Part shown: one piece after another, positions 62,167 through 64,000 of the stretch | Layout: every line of letters begins with the position of its first letter | Position numbering within the stretch: position 1 is the stretch's first letter | Assembly (NCBI GenBank): GCA_965140785.1 | Contig: OZ223518.1 | Span: forward strand, 98,479-162,478 | Length of the DNA: 64,000 bases | From: an uncultured Ruficoccus sp. | GTDB lineage: Bacteria > Verrucomicrobiota > Verrucomicrobiia > Opitutales > Cerasicoccaceae | Reading direction: 5' to 3' | Notes under the pieces: model-generated | The model's input: only the letters and a program-made list of their open reading frames with translations | What the model was told of the DNA's origin: nothing | Databases searched by the model: none | Translations under genes and position numbers: made by a program

Positions 62167-63359
62167 ATGGTATCGCGAACAGCTTACTCGCGGACGCAAG
62201 CCACCCTTGTTCTCAACGGTCTTTCCGGCATCGGTCCGGTCACGCTACGGCGGCTTTTTGACCGTGCTTTGGCGAGGACCCGCGCACGGTGCTCTCGGCC
62301 AAGGTGCCAGCCAACTGCGGCAAGTGCCCGGCGTAGGCGCGGAAACCGCCAGCCTACGCTGGTCAACTGGCGCGACGCACTTCGACCTGGAAAAAGAGGA
62401 GGAAAAACTCGCCAAAGGGTGGGGTGACATTCGTCGATCCGGCCAGTAGCGAGGAGTACCCGCCGCTTGCTTGAAGGATATTTACGACCCGCCCATCGGT
62501 TTGTATAAAAAGGGGCCGTTGAAAATTGGCCGTAAGACGGTGGCCATCGTTGGCAGCCGCCACACCACACTCTACGGGCAGGGGGTCGCCAAGCGGTCTA
62601 GCCGGAGACCTCGCGCGGCTGGGCATCTGCGTGGCCAGCGGCATGGCGCGTGGGATCGACACCGCCGCGCACGAGGGGGCGCTGGAGGCGGGCGGTCCGA
62701 CCGTGGCCGTGCTCGGTTGCGGCCTGGACATCATTTATCCGCCGGAAAACATCGAGCTGTACCGCCGCCTCGAAAATTCAGGAGCGATCCTGTCGGAGTT
62801 TCGCCTCGGCACCCGCGCGACCAAGAACACCTTCCCCATGCGCAACCGCCTGCTCTCGGGCATGAGCCTTGGCGGTCATTGTGGTCGAGAGCGACAATGC
62901 CGGGGGCAGCATGATTACCGCCCGCATGGCCGCCGAGCAGAACCGTCAGGTCTTCGCCGTGCCGGGCCGTATCGACCAGCCTTCCAGCCGTGGTTGCCAC
63001 CAGCTTATCCGCGACGGGGCCACGCTGTCTGACCTGCGTTGAGGGACCTTTTGGAAGAGTTGCAGTTTGCCGGGGAGCAACTCGTCATGCCCGGTATGGA
63101 TGGGGACCAGGCCGAGGAATTACCCGGCTTGGGCGACACTTCCTCCGCTCCAAGCGGCATAACGCCCCCGCCGACCTCAGCCCCGACGAAGCCCGCGTCT
63201 ACGGCTATTTGCGCGAGAGCGGGACTGTGCCCGAGCGACCACGGTCGCCGAATCCCTCGGCCTGCCCGTGCCCTGCCGTTGCCGCCACACTCATGATGCT
63301 CGGAGCTGAAAAAGTGCGTCGTCAAACGCGCCGACGGCACCTTCGAAGGCAGAGCATAG
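62167..63359 (+). CDS. dprA: DNA-processing protein DprA (many indels)
   Basis: [43 protein letters not shown] and VFAVPGR. Confidence 0.93.
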
Positions 63360-63473
63360 CCCTTGACTCTGGCCGCTTTAGTCTGAGCAAAAGCATGTTG
63401 TCGGACGGATAACAGCAGCCCATACGGCAAGAAATACTTTCCTCCTGCTTCTCTCCGCATGCGCCTTCCGTTC

Positions 63474-63518
63474 CGGGGCAGGAGCCTTTTTGGCTCCGAT
63501 GGGCGGAGCCCCTCAGTG
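63474..63518 (+). repeat. Degenerate REP copy
   Basis: GGGGCAGGAGCCTTTTTGGCTCCGATGGGCGGAGCCCCTCAGTG. Confidence 0.65.
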
Positions 63519-63590
63519 ATCCAAAGGATCACAGGTGCAGGACATGGTCCTGCTCAGTCCTCGGTGCGTTCGGGGTCGGCGTAGCCGGTG

Positions 63591-64000
63591 TCACCGCCGG
63601 ATTTTGAGAAGCTCGTCGAAGTAGGCGATGGTCTTTTTGAGGCCTTCTTCGAGCGCGTATGGTCGGCTCCCAGCCGAGCTTTTCTTTGGCCAGCGTAATG
63701 TCGGGCTGGCGCTGCTTGGGGGTCGTCCGCCGGTAGGGGTTCAAAGACGAGCTCGGACTTGAACTGCCGGTCAGTTCGATGACCTTCTCAGCCAACTCGC
63801 GGATGGTGAATTCGCCGGGGTTGCCGATGTTGCACGGACCGGTGAAGCCCTGATCGTTGTTCATCAGGCGGATCATCCCCTCGATGAGGTCGTCGCGGTA
63901 GCAGAACGAGCGGGTCTGCTGCCCCTCGCGTAGATGGTGATGGGGTCGCCCTTGAGCGCCTGGACGATGAAATTGGAAACGACGCGGGCCGTCCTTGGGT
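63591..64000 (-). CDS. UDP-glucuronic acid decarboxylase family, 3' part (5' end outside the window; frameshifted)
   Basis: [36 protein letters not shown] and [13 protein letters not shown]. Confidence 0.88.

Noticed and set aside
1..64000. tRNA, rRNA, riboswitch, integrase, transposase or prophage genes
   Set aside because: None recognised by eye; a tRNAscan-SE/Infernal run would be needed to exclude divergent RNAs.

Overview
High-GC bacterial chromosome segment, most consistent with Verrucomicrobiota (Opitutia/Puniceicoccales-like). This rests on a fused lpxC-fabZ, adjacent rnhC-rnhB, a Verru_Chthon cassette A-like gene and a Minf_1886-like gene, and is an inference. Most of the window is housekeeping: gatCAB, rpmI-rplT-pheST, argS, efp, lpxC/fabZ-lpxA, dnaE, rpsU, mutY, rnhC/B, pdxJ-acpS, nnr, dprA and uxs. 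It also carries sulfatase genes, transporters and a type IIIA P-type ATPase. Many genes, including essential ones, are split by small indels, and dnaE contains a C22 run; I read these as assembly errors rather than pseudogenes. I found no rRNA, tRNA, CRISPR array or intact transposase. The most striking unexplained structure is intergenic: (1) about 13 sites with short 8-10 bp-period tandem arrays, usually as inverted pairs and with a different unit at different sites, placed between genes of conserved operons and sometimes next to AT-rich cargo genes; (2) GTAG-type REP hairpins with compensatory changes, two of which form a perfect 40-bp inverted repeat around a terminator-insulated small gene; (3) a second hairpin module and a ~110-bp core that supplies the mutY stop codon; (4) a 169-bp CTAG-bounded MITE present twice. 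Notable proteins include a TPR chaperone-like gene paired with a hydrophobic-tail gene on an AT-rich island, a pyrimidine nucleoside phosphorylase with an altered active site, a stand-alone secretin-like domain and a solo Mrr nuclease.
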